Below, piece by piece: positions 29,302 through 39,476 of a stretch of 64,000 nucleotides of DNA. The stretch lies in assembly GCA_036918135.1 (NCBI GenBank), contig JBALDB010000053.1, forward strand, positions 1 to 64,000. Direction: 5' to 3'. How positions within the stretch are numbered: position 1 is the stretch's first letter; every line of letters starts with the position of its first letter. The notes below the pieces were generated by a model. It saw only the letters and a program-made list of their open reading frames with translations. It did not search any database and was not told where the DNA came from. A program made the translations under genes and the position numbers. This stretch comes from Nostoc sp. (GTDB taxonomy: Bacteria; Cyanobacteriota; Cyanobacteriia; Cyanobacteriales; Nostocaceae).

Positions 29302-30468
29302 TCACAACTGGGCAATTACTGACTTCAATGTAGAAGCCATAGCCTCTATGCTATAGTGTTCTACACATCTTTGTCTTGCCTTAATACCTTGCTGATTTGC
29401 TGATTCTAAATTGTGAAAAATAAATTTAATTTGTTCAGCAAGTTGTTCGGGACAAGCAGGCTCAACTAAATAACCAGTATCATCTAAAATTTGGGGAATA
29501 TCTCCAATGCGTGTTGATAATATAGGTTTAGCCATTGCCATGCCATCTGTCAACTTTAGAGGAAATTGTGCGCGAGTTTCTGGGGTATCTCGCTGGGGAA
29601 CAACTACAATATGAGCGGCTGCTACTAAATCAGGCATAACATCAGCTGGATAATTTGGTAGTTTGATAATCCAACGTCCCCATTGCTGTTGAAGTTGGCG
29701 GTCATAATCATCATAAGGACTACCACCCACAATCACCAATCTCAAGTCTGGCTGATTAATTTTATCCAGAGCAATCAGAACATCTTCTAATCCTTTATAA
29801 GGTCTTGGGGCACCAGGAAACATTAAAATTCGATATTCAGATAAACCATAACGAGTTCTACTTTCTTCACAATTGTATCGAGCAGGGTCAAATAAGGAAG
29901 TATCTTTCCCATTGGGAACATACTGACCGCCAAAACGCTGCTGTAAAAAGTTAGTATGTACAGTTACTGCATTAGCTTGATTGACTAAACTTTCCATCCA
30001 TTTCAAGTACAAAGGATGATTAGGTGTCCTCAAAACTCCATCTTTTTTTAGTAAATCTCTAGCTAGTTGTTTGAGTGTAGGACGATAACGCCATTCGTCA
30101 CCACCATACCAACTAAGTTCCCAGTCATCTATATCTAAAATTATTGGTATTTTGCTGTAGAGTTTCTTTAAAAGTGCAATACCAAAACTTGCCGGCTGGG
30201 GTTTGATAGCATAAATAATATCTCCATCAATAATTTTCAAAATTTGACTAACGGACTTAAAAAAACCTGGATAATTTGAGCCACTCACAGTATAAACTTC
30301 ATCTTCAGAAGAAATTGCTTTATATAATTCTTTTCCAAATAAAAATCCCAATATTTGTACTTTATATCCCAAAGTAATCAGGGCCTTTTTTAATAAAGAT
30401 GCACGAATAAATCCATCATTTGTTGATAAATTCCATACCAGCAAAGATATTTTTAATTTTTCTTTCAT
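29302..30468 (-). CDS. Glycosyltransferase family 4
   Basis: MFPGAPRPYKG, FPLKLTDGMAMAKPILST. Confidence 0.9.
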   Translation of the reverse strand: MKEKLKISLLVWNLSTNDGFIRASLLKKALITLGYKVQILGFLFGKELYKAISSEDEVYTVSGSNYPGFFKSVSQILKIIDGDIIYAIKPQPASFGIALLKKLYSKIPIILDIDDWELSWYGGDEWRYRPTLKQLARDLLKKDGVLRTPNHPLYLKWMESLVNQANAVTVHTNFLQQRFGGQYVPNGKDTSLFDPARYNCEESRTRYGLSEYRILMFPGAPRPYKGLEDVLIALDKINQPDLRLVIVGGSPYDDYDRQLQQQWGRWIIKLPNYPADVMPDLVAAAHIVVVPQRDTPETRAQFPLKLTDGMAMAKPILSTRIGDIPQILDDTGYLVEPACPEQLAEQIKFIFHNLESANQQGIKARQRCVEHYSIEAMASTLKSVIAQL

Positions 30469-30493
30469 TATCACCTATTTGCCTATTGATAAA

Positions 30494-31336
30494 TTATTTC
30501 TTCCGCCAGGGATTTGTAACTTGATTCGGTAAAAATACTTTAGCCAGTCTATCAAAAATCCTTGTGTACAAAGAGCGAGTCACATTTTTAGCATACTGAG
30601 GCCGATAAGGATAGGTACAATGAAGGACTTTAATTTTATCCTCAACATTATAAGCTTCCTGCCATTTACTGAGATAATTATAAGTAGGTGGTAGTATTTT
30701 CATATGAGGGCGTACAGATGCGATCGCCGAAGCAAAAGCCCCTTGGTCTTTTAAAAGTAATTTATCTTGATTATTTTTGACAATCTCAAAATAATATTGA
30801 AATTTATCAAACAATATCTTGTTGATTTCTATTTTACGAAAAGCTATAAAACCGCCGTTATATTGCACGCTATCTGCTTGTAAAGGTAAACCTATAGATT
30901 GCATAATTGGCAATACATTTGGTAAAAGTTCTTTTTGTTTTCCACGTAATAAATTTGTAGCTTTCATAATCGAAGGCTGTACATCTTCAGTTAATAGCAA
31001 ATCATATTCATCTAAATATTCAAATACATCGTTGATATCAGAAAGCAAGCAAATATCTGAATCCAGATAAATAGTTTTATCAAACTCAGAGGTTGTATAT
31101 AAAGCTAGTTTTGCTTCTCGTGATGCTAAAACAGTATTTTCATTCGCCGGAGCCGGTTTTAAAATTACATTTTTGAAAGCCTTTAAGAAAGGATAGAGAA
31201 CTGGAGGAACTCTGTCTATTAAAATAATTATTGGTTCTTGATGAAATTTTCTAATGGCTGCTAAAAAATGAATACAATCTTGAAAAGAATAAAGTCCAGT
31301 TAAAATAGTAATAAATCCTCTAGTTTCTGTTTGCAT
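30494..31336 (-). CDS. GT8-like glycosyltransferase
   Basis: FDKTIYLDSD, YNGGF, KDQGAF, YN and LH motifs. Confidence 0.75.
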   Translation of the reverse strand: MQTETRGFITILTGLYSFQDCIHFLAAIRKFHQEPIIILIDRVPPVLYPFLKAFKNVILKPAPANENTVLASREAKLALYTTSEFDKTIYLDSDICLLSDINDVFEYLDEYDLLLTEDVQPSIMKATNLLRGKQKELLPNVLPIMQSIGLPLQADSVQYNGGFIAFRKIEINKILFDKFQYYFEIVKNNQDKLLLKDQGAFASAIASVRPHMKILPPTYNYLSKWQEAYNVEDKIKVLHCTYPYRPQYAKNVTRSLYTRIFDRLAKVFLPNQVTNPWRKK

Positions 31337-31738
31337 AATATTAATTAATAGTTGTTATTTTAACTTCAGCTAACTGATTATATTTCAGAAAAGTTATTTT
31401 AATTTAGTTATAATATTTAAATATAATATAATAAATTTAATTCCAGATAATCCTAATAATTTATTGTTTGTAATCCCAAAAAAATAACAAATTAACTTTA
31501 GCTTTATATTTGTAGCTTTTCCCAGAGAAAATTCACTGATAAATTCATCTGAAGTTGACTTTATTTAAGTATAATTACCGGAAAAGCCCGGTTGTATATT
31601 ATCATAGTTAATATTGCACTAGAGCTATAATGAATCAAGTATAAATACTCGTTCTAGCTTGTGCAGGTAGCACTATTACTTAGTTGAATGTAGGCTTGCT
31701 ACTCAATAGTAATCTATGTTGTAAGGGAGACAGAGGTA

Positions 31739-32512
31739 ATGCAGGTAATCCGTCTGGAAGCACTCTCAGACAACTACATATTTTTGTTACACGACTCCAA
31801 ACAAAACATCGCCGCTGTTGTCGATCCGGCGGAGGCTCAACCAGTATTAAAGAAACTGGCAGAACTAAAAGCTCAGTTGGTAGCGATTTTTAACACGCAC
31901 CACCATAACGATCATGTGGGTGGTAACAAGCGGTTAATAGAACAATTCCCGCAATTAATAGTTTATGGAGGAGCCGAGGATCGTGGTAGAATTCCCGGAC
32001 AGCAGGTGTTTTTGCAAGAAGGCGATCGCGTGCAGTTTGCAGAGCGCATAGCTGAAGTTATCTTCGTTCCCGGACATACCCGCGCTCACATCGTCTACTA
32101 CTTTCCCCCCGAAAAACCTGGTGAGACGGGTGAATTATTTTGTGGCGATACCTTATTTTCTGGAGGTTGCGGTCGCTTGTTTGAAGGAACGCCAACACAA
32201 ATGGTAGACTCATTAAGCAAAATTCGCTTGTTACCCGATGATACGCGCGTCTGGTGCGCCCACGAATACACTTTAAAAAATCTGAAATTTGCCTTAAGTC
32301 TAGATGGCGACAACACCGACTTACAAAAGTACTTCGGTGAAGTCCAAGCTTATCGGCATCGAGGAGAAGCTACCATACCCTCACGGCTGGGAGTTGAGAA
32401 GCGCACCAATCCCTTTTTACGTTGGGATCACCCATCATTACAATCAGCTGTAAAGAGGAGCGATCCTGTGCAAACCTTTGCGCGGATTCGGGAAATGAGA
32501 AATAACTTTTAA
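31739..32512 (+). CDS. gloB: Hydroxyacylglutathione hydrolase (glyoxalase II)
   Basis: [40 protein letters not shown]. Confidence 0.96.
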   Translation: MQVIRLEALSDNYIFLLHDSKQNIAAVVDPAEAQPVLKKLAELKAQLVAIFNTHHHNDHVGGNKRLIEQFPQLIVYGGAEDRGRIPGQQVFLQEGDRVQFAERIAEVIFVPGHTRAHIVYYFPPEKPGETGELFCGDTLFSGGCGRLFEGTPTQMVDSLSKIRLLPDDTRVWCAHEYTLKNLKFALSLDGDNTDLQKYFGEVQAYRHRGEATIPSRLGVEKRTNPFLRWDHPSLQSAVKRSDPVQTFARIREMRNNF

Positions 32513-32741
32513 TTATTGGGTATTGGGAGTGTGGGGTAGTGGGGTAGTGGGGTGTAATTCTCTCCCCATCTCCCCAGTCCCTTCAACTTTATTGCGCGAA
32601 TAGTTGCGATCGCCCCCTGCCTTTCGCTAGGATCTGTAAGCTTTAGGTATAGGCAAAGCCACTGGGAATATAGCAGTGACGTTGTGAGCTATTCTGGCGA
32701 AACCCAAATTAATCAATATCTTACAGGAAAAGCGAAAAACG

Positions 32742-33200
32742 ATGGCGAAACGCGTGCAGTTAGTTTTAAATCAGGATATCAGTAAGCTGGGAAAATCTGG
32801 CGATTTAGTGGAAGTAGCTCCTGGCTATGCTCGTAATTATCTGATTCCCCAGAAATTGGCAATCCATGCCACTCCTGGTATTCTCAAGCAAGTAGAACGC
32901 CGTCGCGAGCAAGAACGTCAACGGCAATTAGAACTTAAGCAACAAGCTGTTGAGCAAAAAGCAACTTTAGAAAAAGTTGTCAGCTTGACAATTCCCAAGC
33001 AAGTTGGTGAAAACGAAGCTATTTTCGGTACAGTTACGACTCAAGATGTTGCAGATGCAATTAAGGCAGCCACCGGTCAAGAAGTAGATCGCCGTGGCAT
33101 TACCATTCCCGATATTAACCATCTTGGTACTTATCAAGCTGAAATCAAGTTGTTTTCGGAAGTAACAGCGCAAATTGATATTCAAGTAGTGGCTAGTTAA
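32742..33200 (+). CDS. rplI: 50S ribosomal protein L9
   Basis: [21 protein letters not shown]. Confidence 0.98.
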   Translation: MAKRVQLVLNQDISKLGKSGDLVEVAPGYARNYLIPQKLAIHATPGILKQVERRREQERQRQLELKQQAVEQKATLEKVVSLTIPKQVGENEAIFGTVTTQDVADAIKAATGQEVDRRGITIPDINHLGTYQAEIKLFSEVTAQIDIQVVAS

Positions 33201-33325
33201 TTTAGGCTGCGAGATGGCGAGATGGGGAGATAGGGAGATGGGGAGAATAGCTCCTAATTCCTAACTCCCGTATAGACAAGGGTTAATCGCGTCTCTAGCA
33301 AAATCTCAAAACTTAAAATCGTTTT

Positions 33326-34747
33326 ATGGCTGAAGAACTGAGTTTTCACTCATCTGGTAGCGATCGCTTACCACCCCAAAATATCGAGGCAGAAGAAGCG
33401 ATTTTGGGGGGTATTTTGCTAGATCCAGAAGCGATTAGTCGAGTTAGCGATCGCCTTGTTCCGGAAGCCTTTTATATTAGCGCTCACAAAGATATTTATC
33501 AAGCAGCAGTTAGACTCCACGCACAAGGCAAACCCACAGACTTACTCTCGGTTACAAGTTGGCTGACTGACCATGAAATACTTGCTCGCATTGGTGGCAG
33601 AAATAAACTAGCAACTTTGGTAGACCGCACAGTGTCAGCTGTGAACATTGACGCCTTAGCTCTTTTAGTAATGGAAAAATACCTGCGGCGACAATTAATT
33701 AAAGCTGGCAATGAAATTGTACATCTCGGTTACGAAACAGAAAGCGAATTACCAATTGTTTTAGACCAAGCAGAACAGAAAGTTTTTGGCGTTACTCAAG
33801 AGCGTCCTCAATCAGGTTTAGTTCACATTTCTGATACGCTAATTAATAATTTCCAGGATATTGAAGATAGAAATCAAGGCATCGCTTTACCTGGAATTCC
33901 CTGCGGATTTTACGATTTAGATGCCATGACCAGCGGCTTTCAGCGATCGGATTTGATTATTGTTGCTGGCAGGCCATCAATGGGGAAAACGGCCTTTTGC
34001 TTGAACCTTGCTCATAATATCGCTGCTGCTTATAAATTACCAGTTGCTGTTTTTAGTTTGGAAATGTCTAAAGAACAGCTGACACAACGTTTATTAGCTA
34101 GTGAGGCGCAAATTGAAAGTGGTTATCTGCGGAGTGGGCGCCTTAGCCAAACACAATGGGAACCTCTAAGCCGTGCTATTGGTATTCTTTCAGAAATGCC
34201 AATTTTTATTGACGATACGCCCAATATTACTGTTACACAAATGCGTAGTCAAGCAAGGCGACTGCAAGCAGAACAAGGAACAGAATTAGGATTAGTTGTT
34301 ATAGATTACTTGCAATTAATGGAAGGAGCAGGTGATAATCGTGTCCAAGAGTTGTCAAAAATTACGCGTCAACTTAAAGGTTTAGCACGGGAATTATCTG
34401 TACCAGTTATTGCTTTATCTCAGTTGAGTCGAGGAGTGGAAGCACGTACTAATAAACGCCCAATGTTATCAGATTTACGCGAAAGTGGAAGTATCGAACA
34501 GGACGCGGATTTAGTAATAATGTTGTATCGGGATGACTATTATAATTCTGATAGTCCTGATCGGGGAATTGCAGAAGCAATTGTAGCTAAACACCGTAAT
34601 GGCCCAACAGGTACAGTTAAGCTTTTATTTGATCCACAATTTACAAAGTTTAAGAATCTAGCTCGACAAAATAACTATTCATCTGGTTCTAGTAATAATT
34701 ATTTGCCTGGTTCAAATAACAATTATTTACCTGGCTCAAAAACTTAA
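33326..34747 (+). CDS. dnaB: Replicative DNA helicase (intein-free)
   Basis: PPQNIEAE, GRPSMGKT, IDYLQL, LSQLSR, LRESGSIEQDAD, KHRNGPTG. Confidence 0.98.
   Translation: MAEELSFHSSGSDRLPPQNIEAEEAILGGILLDPEAISRVSDRLVPEAFYISAHKDIYQAAVRLHAQGKPTDLLSVTSWLTDHEILARIGGRNKLATLVDRTVSAVNIDALALLVMEKYLRRQLIKAGNEIVHLGYETESELPIVLDQAEQKVFGVTQERPQSGLVHISDTLINNFQDIEDRNQGIALPGIPCGFYDLDAMTSGFQRSDLIIVAGRPSMGKTAFCLNLAHNIAAAYKLPVAVFSLEMSKEQLTQRLLASEAQIESGYLRSGRLSQTQWEPLSRAIGILSEMPIFIDDTPNITVTQMRSQARRLQAEQGTELGLVVIDYLQLMEGAGDNRVQELSKITRQLKGLARELSVPVIALSQLSRGVEARTNKRPMLSDLRESGSIEQDADLVIMLYRDDYYNSDSPDRGIAEAIVAKHRNGPTGTVKLLFDPQFTKFKNLARQNNYSSGSSNNYLPGSNNNYLPGSKT
34670..34741 (+). repeat. 24-bp tandem repeat x3 at the dnaB 3' end
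   Basis: AATAACTATTCATCTGGTTCTAGT / AATAATTATTTGCCTGGTTCAAAT / AACAATTATTTACCTGGCTCAAAA. Confidence 0.8.
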
Positions 34748-34835
34748 TTTGACCAAGTAGTTACTAATAAAGTAGTTTAAATAAAGCATGGAGTATGGAG
34801 TATTGCTAATTATCTCCATCCCCCATGTCTAATTC

Positions 34836-35357
34836 CTACTTAACTCCTAGCAATTCCACGTCAAAAAGCAGGGTAGCGTTGGGTGGAATTACGCCACCAG
34901 CACCACGAGAGCCATAACCTAACTCTGACGGGATGATTAACTTACGACGACCGCCTACTTTCATCGTGCTAAGTCCTTCGTCCCAACCTTTGATTACTTG
35001 TCCGATGCCGATTTTAAATTTGAAAGGTTGACCGCGATCGCGTGAGCTATCAAACTTAGTACCATCTTCTAAAGTGCCGATGTAGTGAACCTCTACCGTT
35101 TGTCCACGTTCAGGAGTCGCTCCAGTGCCCTCTTTTAACTCGACATACTTCAATCCAGAGGGGGTGGTTACGGCATTGGCATCAGACATAGTATCACTCG
35201 CAATTAAGATATTGTTTTCAGTGAGAATTGTGGGCGCTGGCGGTGTTGAGGTTAACTGGTCAGCAATGGCAGTATTCTGTTTACTGCCTACTTGCCCCAC
35301 AACCAAAAGCACAACACACATCAGTATGAACGCCACACTCAGGAAAATTGCTTTCAA
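34836..35357 (-). CDS. FKBP-type peptidyl-prolyl isomerase
   Basis: [44 protein letters not shown]. Confidence 0.96.
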   Translation of the reverse strand: MKAIFLSVAFILMCVVLLVVGQVGSKQNTAIADQLTSTPPAPTILTENNILIASDTMSDANAVTTPSGLKYVELKEGTGATPERGQTVEVHYIGTLEDGTKFDSSRDRGQPFKFKIGIGQVIKGWDEGLSTMKVGGRRKLIIPSELGYGSRGAGGVIPPNATLLFDVELLGVK

Positions 35358-35435
35358 AATCAGTTCTCCCTACTTAGGTAGCCTGGTCAAAACATTACCA
35401 ACAAGACACATTTAGTTTAAATCAGAAAGGACAAC

Positions 35436-35759
35436 TTAACGCCAAAGCTTATTTTCTAAATCGCGCACTTGACGCTCTAAACGGTCAATTCTACCCCGAA
35501 GTTCGTCCACTTCCGACTGACGAGCCACTCCGAAATCCTGCATCATATTTCGCATTTGCCGTTGCATCTGCACGTCCCAATTTCCCTGCTCTGACTTTAA
35601 CTGCTGAGCAATATCATCTATAACCGCCTTGGCTTGTTCTGGATTGAGCTTACCGTCTTTAACTAAATCATCGCTGACTTGCCGCAGTTTTTCTGCTACT
35701 AAAGACGTTGTACCAAGACCCACCATCATTAGTTGTTGCAACCAATTGTTGCTGTCCAT
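35436..35759 (-). CDS. Phasin-family coiled-coil protein
   Basis: LMMVGLG..SL..EKL...DDLVKDGKL, ARQSEVDELRGRIDRLE. Confidence 0.8.
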   Translation of the reverse strand: MDSNNWLQQLMMVGLGTTSLVAEKLRQVSDDLVKDGKLNPEQAKAVIDDIAQQLKSEQGNWDVQMQRQMRNMMQDFGVARQSEVDELRGRIDRLERQVRDLENKLWR

Positions 35760-35901
35760 ACTCCCTTCCTCTTACTTATTTCAAACCAGCCGACCCTTGC
35801 TCCTAAGTTAGGCGATCAGGCGATCGAGCTATGCTGAGAGCGTAGTTATTCTAGCCTACAGTTCTATTTTGGCAAATTTGCGAACACAGGCAGCAAAGGA
35901 C

Positions 35902-36207
35902 GTGTTTATAAAACTCCTCAAGTTTAAAGTTGTCTGTGATTGACAGGAAAATTTTATCCACAAAGATGCAGAAATTTGGACAACAGCAATGGCTAAGTAT
36001 CCTGGATTTCTTGGTAAAGAGGTTTGGCTCAACCCCAACGACCCTTGAGAAGTTATCTTTATCATTCCTTGGGAAACTTCTGAACACTTAGATGCCATAT
36101 CCCAACAGGAGTTGGAAGGTGTTGAAGCAAAGTTTATCCAAACATTGAAAAAATTCTATCCACTTGTCGAGTCTGCAAAGTATCAAGTTTTAAAAGTGTC
36201 AACATAA
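35902..36207 (+). pseudogene. TIGR03792-like (ABM-like cyanobacterial protein) pseudogene
   Basis: GTG 35902 after AAAGGA: MFIKLLKFKV..D*QENFIHKDAEIWTTAMAKYPGFLGKEVWLNPNDP*EVIFII.W...YQVLK; in-frame TGA at 35941 and 36046. Confidence 0.8.
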
Positions 36208-36372
36208 CGCGGAACAGGCGGTTAGAAACCGCGTCTACACAAACAAGACCCACCTGCCTGGGTTTCAAACTTTTAATTTTTTGTTAGTCCGCCTCCGCAG
36301 ACTTACCTATGGGACGCTACGCGAACGCCTGTGTAGCGGCGAATTCTATTGGTCAATATTTAAGTTGACATT
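36196..36372. mobile_element. MITE/REP-like composite element
   Basis: Ends TGTCAAC.TAA / TTAAGTTGACA enclose the GCGGTTAGAAACCGC hairpin and GC-rich REP-like modules. Confidence 0.55.
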
Positions 36373-36534
36373 ACACAAGCAAAGTCTACAACAAGTATTT
36401 AGCTAGATGCTGGTTGTAATACATTCTTTAACAACCTGTAGCCATTCGCACTAATTATAGCTACGATAAAAAACGTGTAAATTTTTTTATTTTATAGCTA
36501 CAGCATTGCTGATTATATAAGTAAAACTACTGAT

Positions 36535-37368
36535 ATGAATAATAATGAGTTAAAGTTTCTCTTAAAGTTATTAGGATTTACCGATTATCGAGCAGGGCTT
36601 AATGCCTTTGATAGTTTTAAAACTGAGAAAAATAAAATTTGTAAAGCATTGGGCGATCGCGAGCTGGTAGACTATACCCGCGAGATTACCACAGTTAAAA
36701 TTTTATCGCCTGGTCAAGCCGTACTGAAAAATCCAGGCGAAGTGCCCATCGCAGATAAAGAACTCAAGGTACTAGAGCAAATCGCTAAAGCTTCAGGTAA
36801 AATCGCTCCCAGCAAAATCACCTCACCAAAAGCTGCGGAACGAGATGCGATATTGGAGGTATTGAGCGATCGGGGTTTGATTGAAGCTGAACGAGGAATT
36901 AAAAAAACTAAAGCTGAAGTTTGGCTAACTCAACGAGGAATTGAGTATTTACAGGATGATTACACCCCCAACAAAGGTGTTCAACCCGCCATCAGCTTGG
37001 AATTGCTGGGTAATTACCTACGGTTTTTACGAAAAGCCCTGCGCGTGAAGCCAGAGCCAGTCTCCACTGCGCTACCTACCATCAATACTGCTGATAAAGA
37101 AATCAGTGATGAAGAAATTTTACAAATTATTGAGAAATTAGACCGAGAATTGGGTACTGATAATTATTTGCCCATTTTTCATCTGCGGGAAAAATTACAA
37201 CCGCCGTTGTCACGAGATGAATTAGATAAGGCTTTATATCGTTTGCAAGCAAGCGATCGAATTGATTTGAGTTCTCTATTAGATCCGACACCCTACACTC
37301 CAGAACAAATTGATGCTGGAATTTTACAAAAGGTGGGTGGTTCGCTGTTCTTTATCACTGTGAACTAA
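36535..37368 (+). CDS. Putative DNA-binding protein with winged-helix-like repeats (recalled as RcaD-like)
   Basis: Repeated L.DR.L(V/I) and VWLT.RG.EYL wHTH-like segments; C-terminal LPIFHLRE...SRDELDKALYRLQ..DRIDL. Confidence 0.7.
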   Translation: MNNNELKFLLKLLGFTDYRAGLNAFDSFKTEKNKICKALGDRELVDYTREITTVKILSPGQAVLKNPGEVPIADKELKVLEQIAKASGKIAPSKITSPKAAERDAILEVLSDRGLIEAERGIKKTKAEVWLTQRGIEYLQDDYTPNKGVQPAISLELLGNYLRFLRKALRVKPEPVSTALPTINTADKEISDEEILQIIEKLDRELGTDNYLPIFHLREKLQPPLSRDELDKALYRLQASDRIDLSSLLDPTPYTPEQIDAGILQKVGGSLFFITVN

Positions 37369-37423
37369 CAATACATACACTTTTTTCGTCAAAAGTAAGT
37401 TTGCTCAATCATTTTAATTAATT

Positions 37424-39451
37424 ATGGCATCTATCAACGATATTATTAAACGCGAGGTTAACCCGTTTGACCTAGTAAATTTGAGGACGGGTAATTTTTG
37501 GGGTCAAAATTATGAATTAGAGTCTATAGTTGAGTCAATTCATCAAGAGGCAATAACAGAAATTGAAGGATTTCTCAATTTAGTAACTACAGATAATGGT
37601 AGTCGTACTGTTTTACTTGTAGGTGATTCTGGTTCTGGCAAAAGCTATCTTTTAGGTAGGTTAAAACGCACCTTTAACTCAAAAGCTTTTTTTGCTTATA
37701 TCGGGCCTTGGGTCGATAACGATTATATGTGGCGTCATCTACTAAGGAATACAGTTGATAGTTTAATCCAAGTACCAGAAGGACAGGAGGACTCTCAGTT
37801 AATACTGTGGCTGAAAAATTTATCTGTTTTCACAAAAACCAATCTGAAAAAGCAGCTTTTTAATGATAGCTTTTGGCAATTATTATTAGGCGATCGCCAA
37901 AAGTTTATTAACCATCTTAAAAAGACCTATTTAAAAGCAGGTATCTACAATCCTGATGTTTTTTTTGGAGTGTTACACGATCTGACAGATCCAGAACTGT
38001 ACCCTTTAGCCTGTGAATGGTTAAGAGGAGATAATTTAAGCGAAGAATCAATGCAAGCTTTGAGACTTAAACACTGCATTGATGGAGAAGACGCAGCAAA
38101 GAATATTTTGGCTAATTTTGGTAAAATTTCTACTGCAACTCAACCGATTGTTTTATGCTTCGATCAAGTTGAAACCTTGCCAGATTGGCCTTCTAATCCT
38201 CAAGCTTTATTTAATATAAATACTACTATTCATAGTGAAAATCTGAAAAATTTTCTCATTATTATCAGTATAGTTACCAATGGCTGGAAGCAAAGTTATC
38301 GTTACATTCAACAATCAGACAAAGCCAGAATAGAGCGATTAATATCGCTAAAATCCATTGATTTCACTCAAGCAGAAGCACTTTGGGCTTACCGATTACA
38401 ACCTCTACATCAAGAAGCTAATCCTAAACCCGATTCACCTATTTTTCCTTTGAAGAGACAATTATTAGAGGAAAATTTTCCTGGTGGTAAAACTATGCCA
38501 AGGAATGCGTTTGTTCTTGGCAGATTAGAGTATCAGGAATATAAACTTTCATTGATTGATGGCGGTAATACAGGCGATACAAAGCCTCAAATTACTGAAC
38601 TAGAAAGAGAACAAGCTGAATTACAATTGCTATGGCAGCAAGAGTATAAAAAAATTCAGGCTAAGATAGATAAAATATCTCTTTTAGCAGCACCCGATCT
38701 CATCAAGATGGTGCAAGAAGCTTTAGAAGCATTACAAGTACAAGCAATTAAACCTAAACTCATCACTGGAGCCTATGCAAGCTATTCTCTAAGTTATCAA
38801 CTGCCATCTAAACAAGAAAGTATAGGAATAGTCTGGACAGAAGATGGTAATATGAGAAGTTTTTTTAATGTGATGAATGCTTGTCAAAAAACTATTCAAC
38901 AAAATCTTTGTCAAAGGCTATATCTAATTAGAATTGGAAGTGTAGGAAATGCAAAACTCGCTGGATATAAAATCTATAGTCAGATTTTCACTGGTACTAA
39001 GCATATTCACATCAAACCAAATCTTGCTTCAGTTCACTACTTAGCGACATACCATAGCTTAGTTAATTCTGCACTGGCTCAGGAATTATTTGTCGCTGGT
39101 AAAGTAATAGCTTTACCAGCATTACAATCTTTAATTCGTGAGTCTAAAATTTTGGAACAATGTACTTTATTGCAAGATTTAGGAATTGTTACTAAGCAAA
39201 AACCCAACCCAGGTAAGAGAAATGGAACTAAAGATTTACGGCCAGTCAAAGATTTCTTGTTGAATCTAGTAAAAACCCAAGGCTATATGGGAGTACCTAC
39301 TTTAATTTCTCAGGGAGTTAGTCAATTCTCTGATGTAGAAAAAACTGAAACTCAACATCTAATTGACTTATTATGCCAGGAAAAGAAAGTAAAAATTATT
39401 AACCCTAAATCTAAGTTAGAAGACCAGTTAATCTGTTTAGTTACTAAATAG
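37424..39451 (+). CDS. P-loop ATPase (AAA+/STAND-like; recalled as RcaG-like)
   Basis: Walker A GDSGSGKS, Walker B IVLCFDQVE, downstream PR motif; uncharacterised C-terminal region. Confidence 0.85.
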   Translation: MASINDIIKREVNPFDLVNLRTGNFWGQNYELESIVESIHQEAITEIEGFLNLVTTDNGSRTVLLVGDSGSGKSYLLGRLKRTFNSKAFFAYIGPWVDNDYMWRHLLRNTVDSLIQVPEGQEDSQLILWLKNLSVFTKTNLKKQLFNDSFWQLLLGDRQKFINHLKKTYLKAGIYNPDVFFGVLHDLTDPELYPLACEWLRGDNLSEESMQALRLKHCIDGEDAAKNILANFGKISTATQPIVLCFDQVETLPDWPSNPQALFNINTTIHSENLKNFLIIISIVTNGWKQSYRYIQQSDKARIERLISLKSIDFTQAEALWAYRLQPLHQEANPKPDSPIFPLKRQLLEENFPGGKTMPRNAFVLGRLEYQEYKLSLIDGGNTGDTKPQITELEREQAELQLLWQQEYKKIQAKIDKISLLAAPDLIKMVQEALEALQVQAIKPKLITGAYASYSLSYQLPSKQESIGIVWTEDGNMRSFFNVMNACQKTIQQNLCQRLYLIRIGSVGNAKLAGYKIYSQIFTGTKHIHIKPNLASVHYLATYHSLVNSALAQELFVAGKVIALPALQSLIRESKILEQCTLLQDLGIVTKQKPNPGKRNGTKDLRPVKDFLLNLVKTQGYMGVPTLISQGVSQFSDVEKTETQHLIDLLCQEKKVKIINPKSKLEDQLICLVTK

Positions 39452-39476
39452 ATAAACCTCGATAACATTTTAGCCA

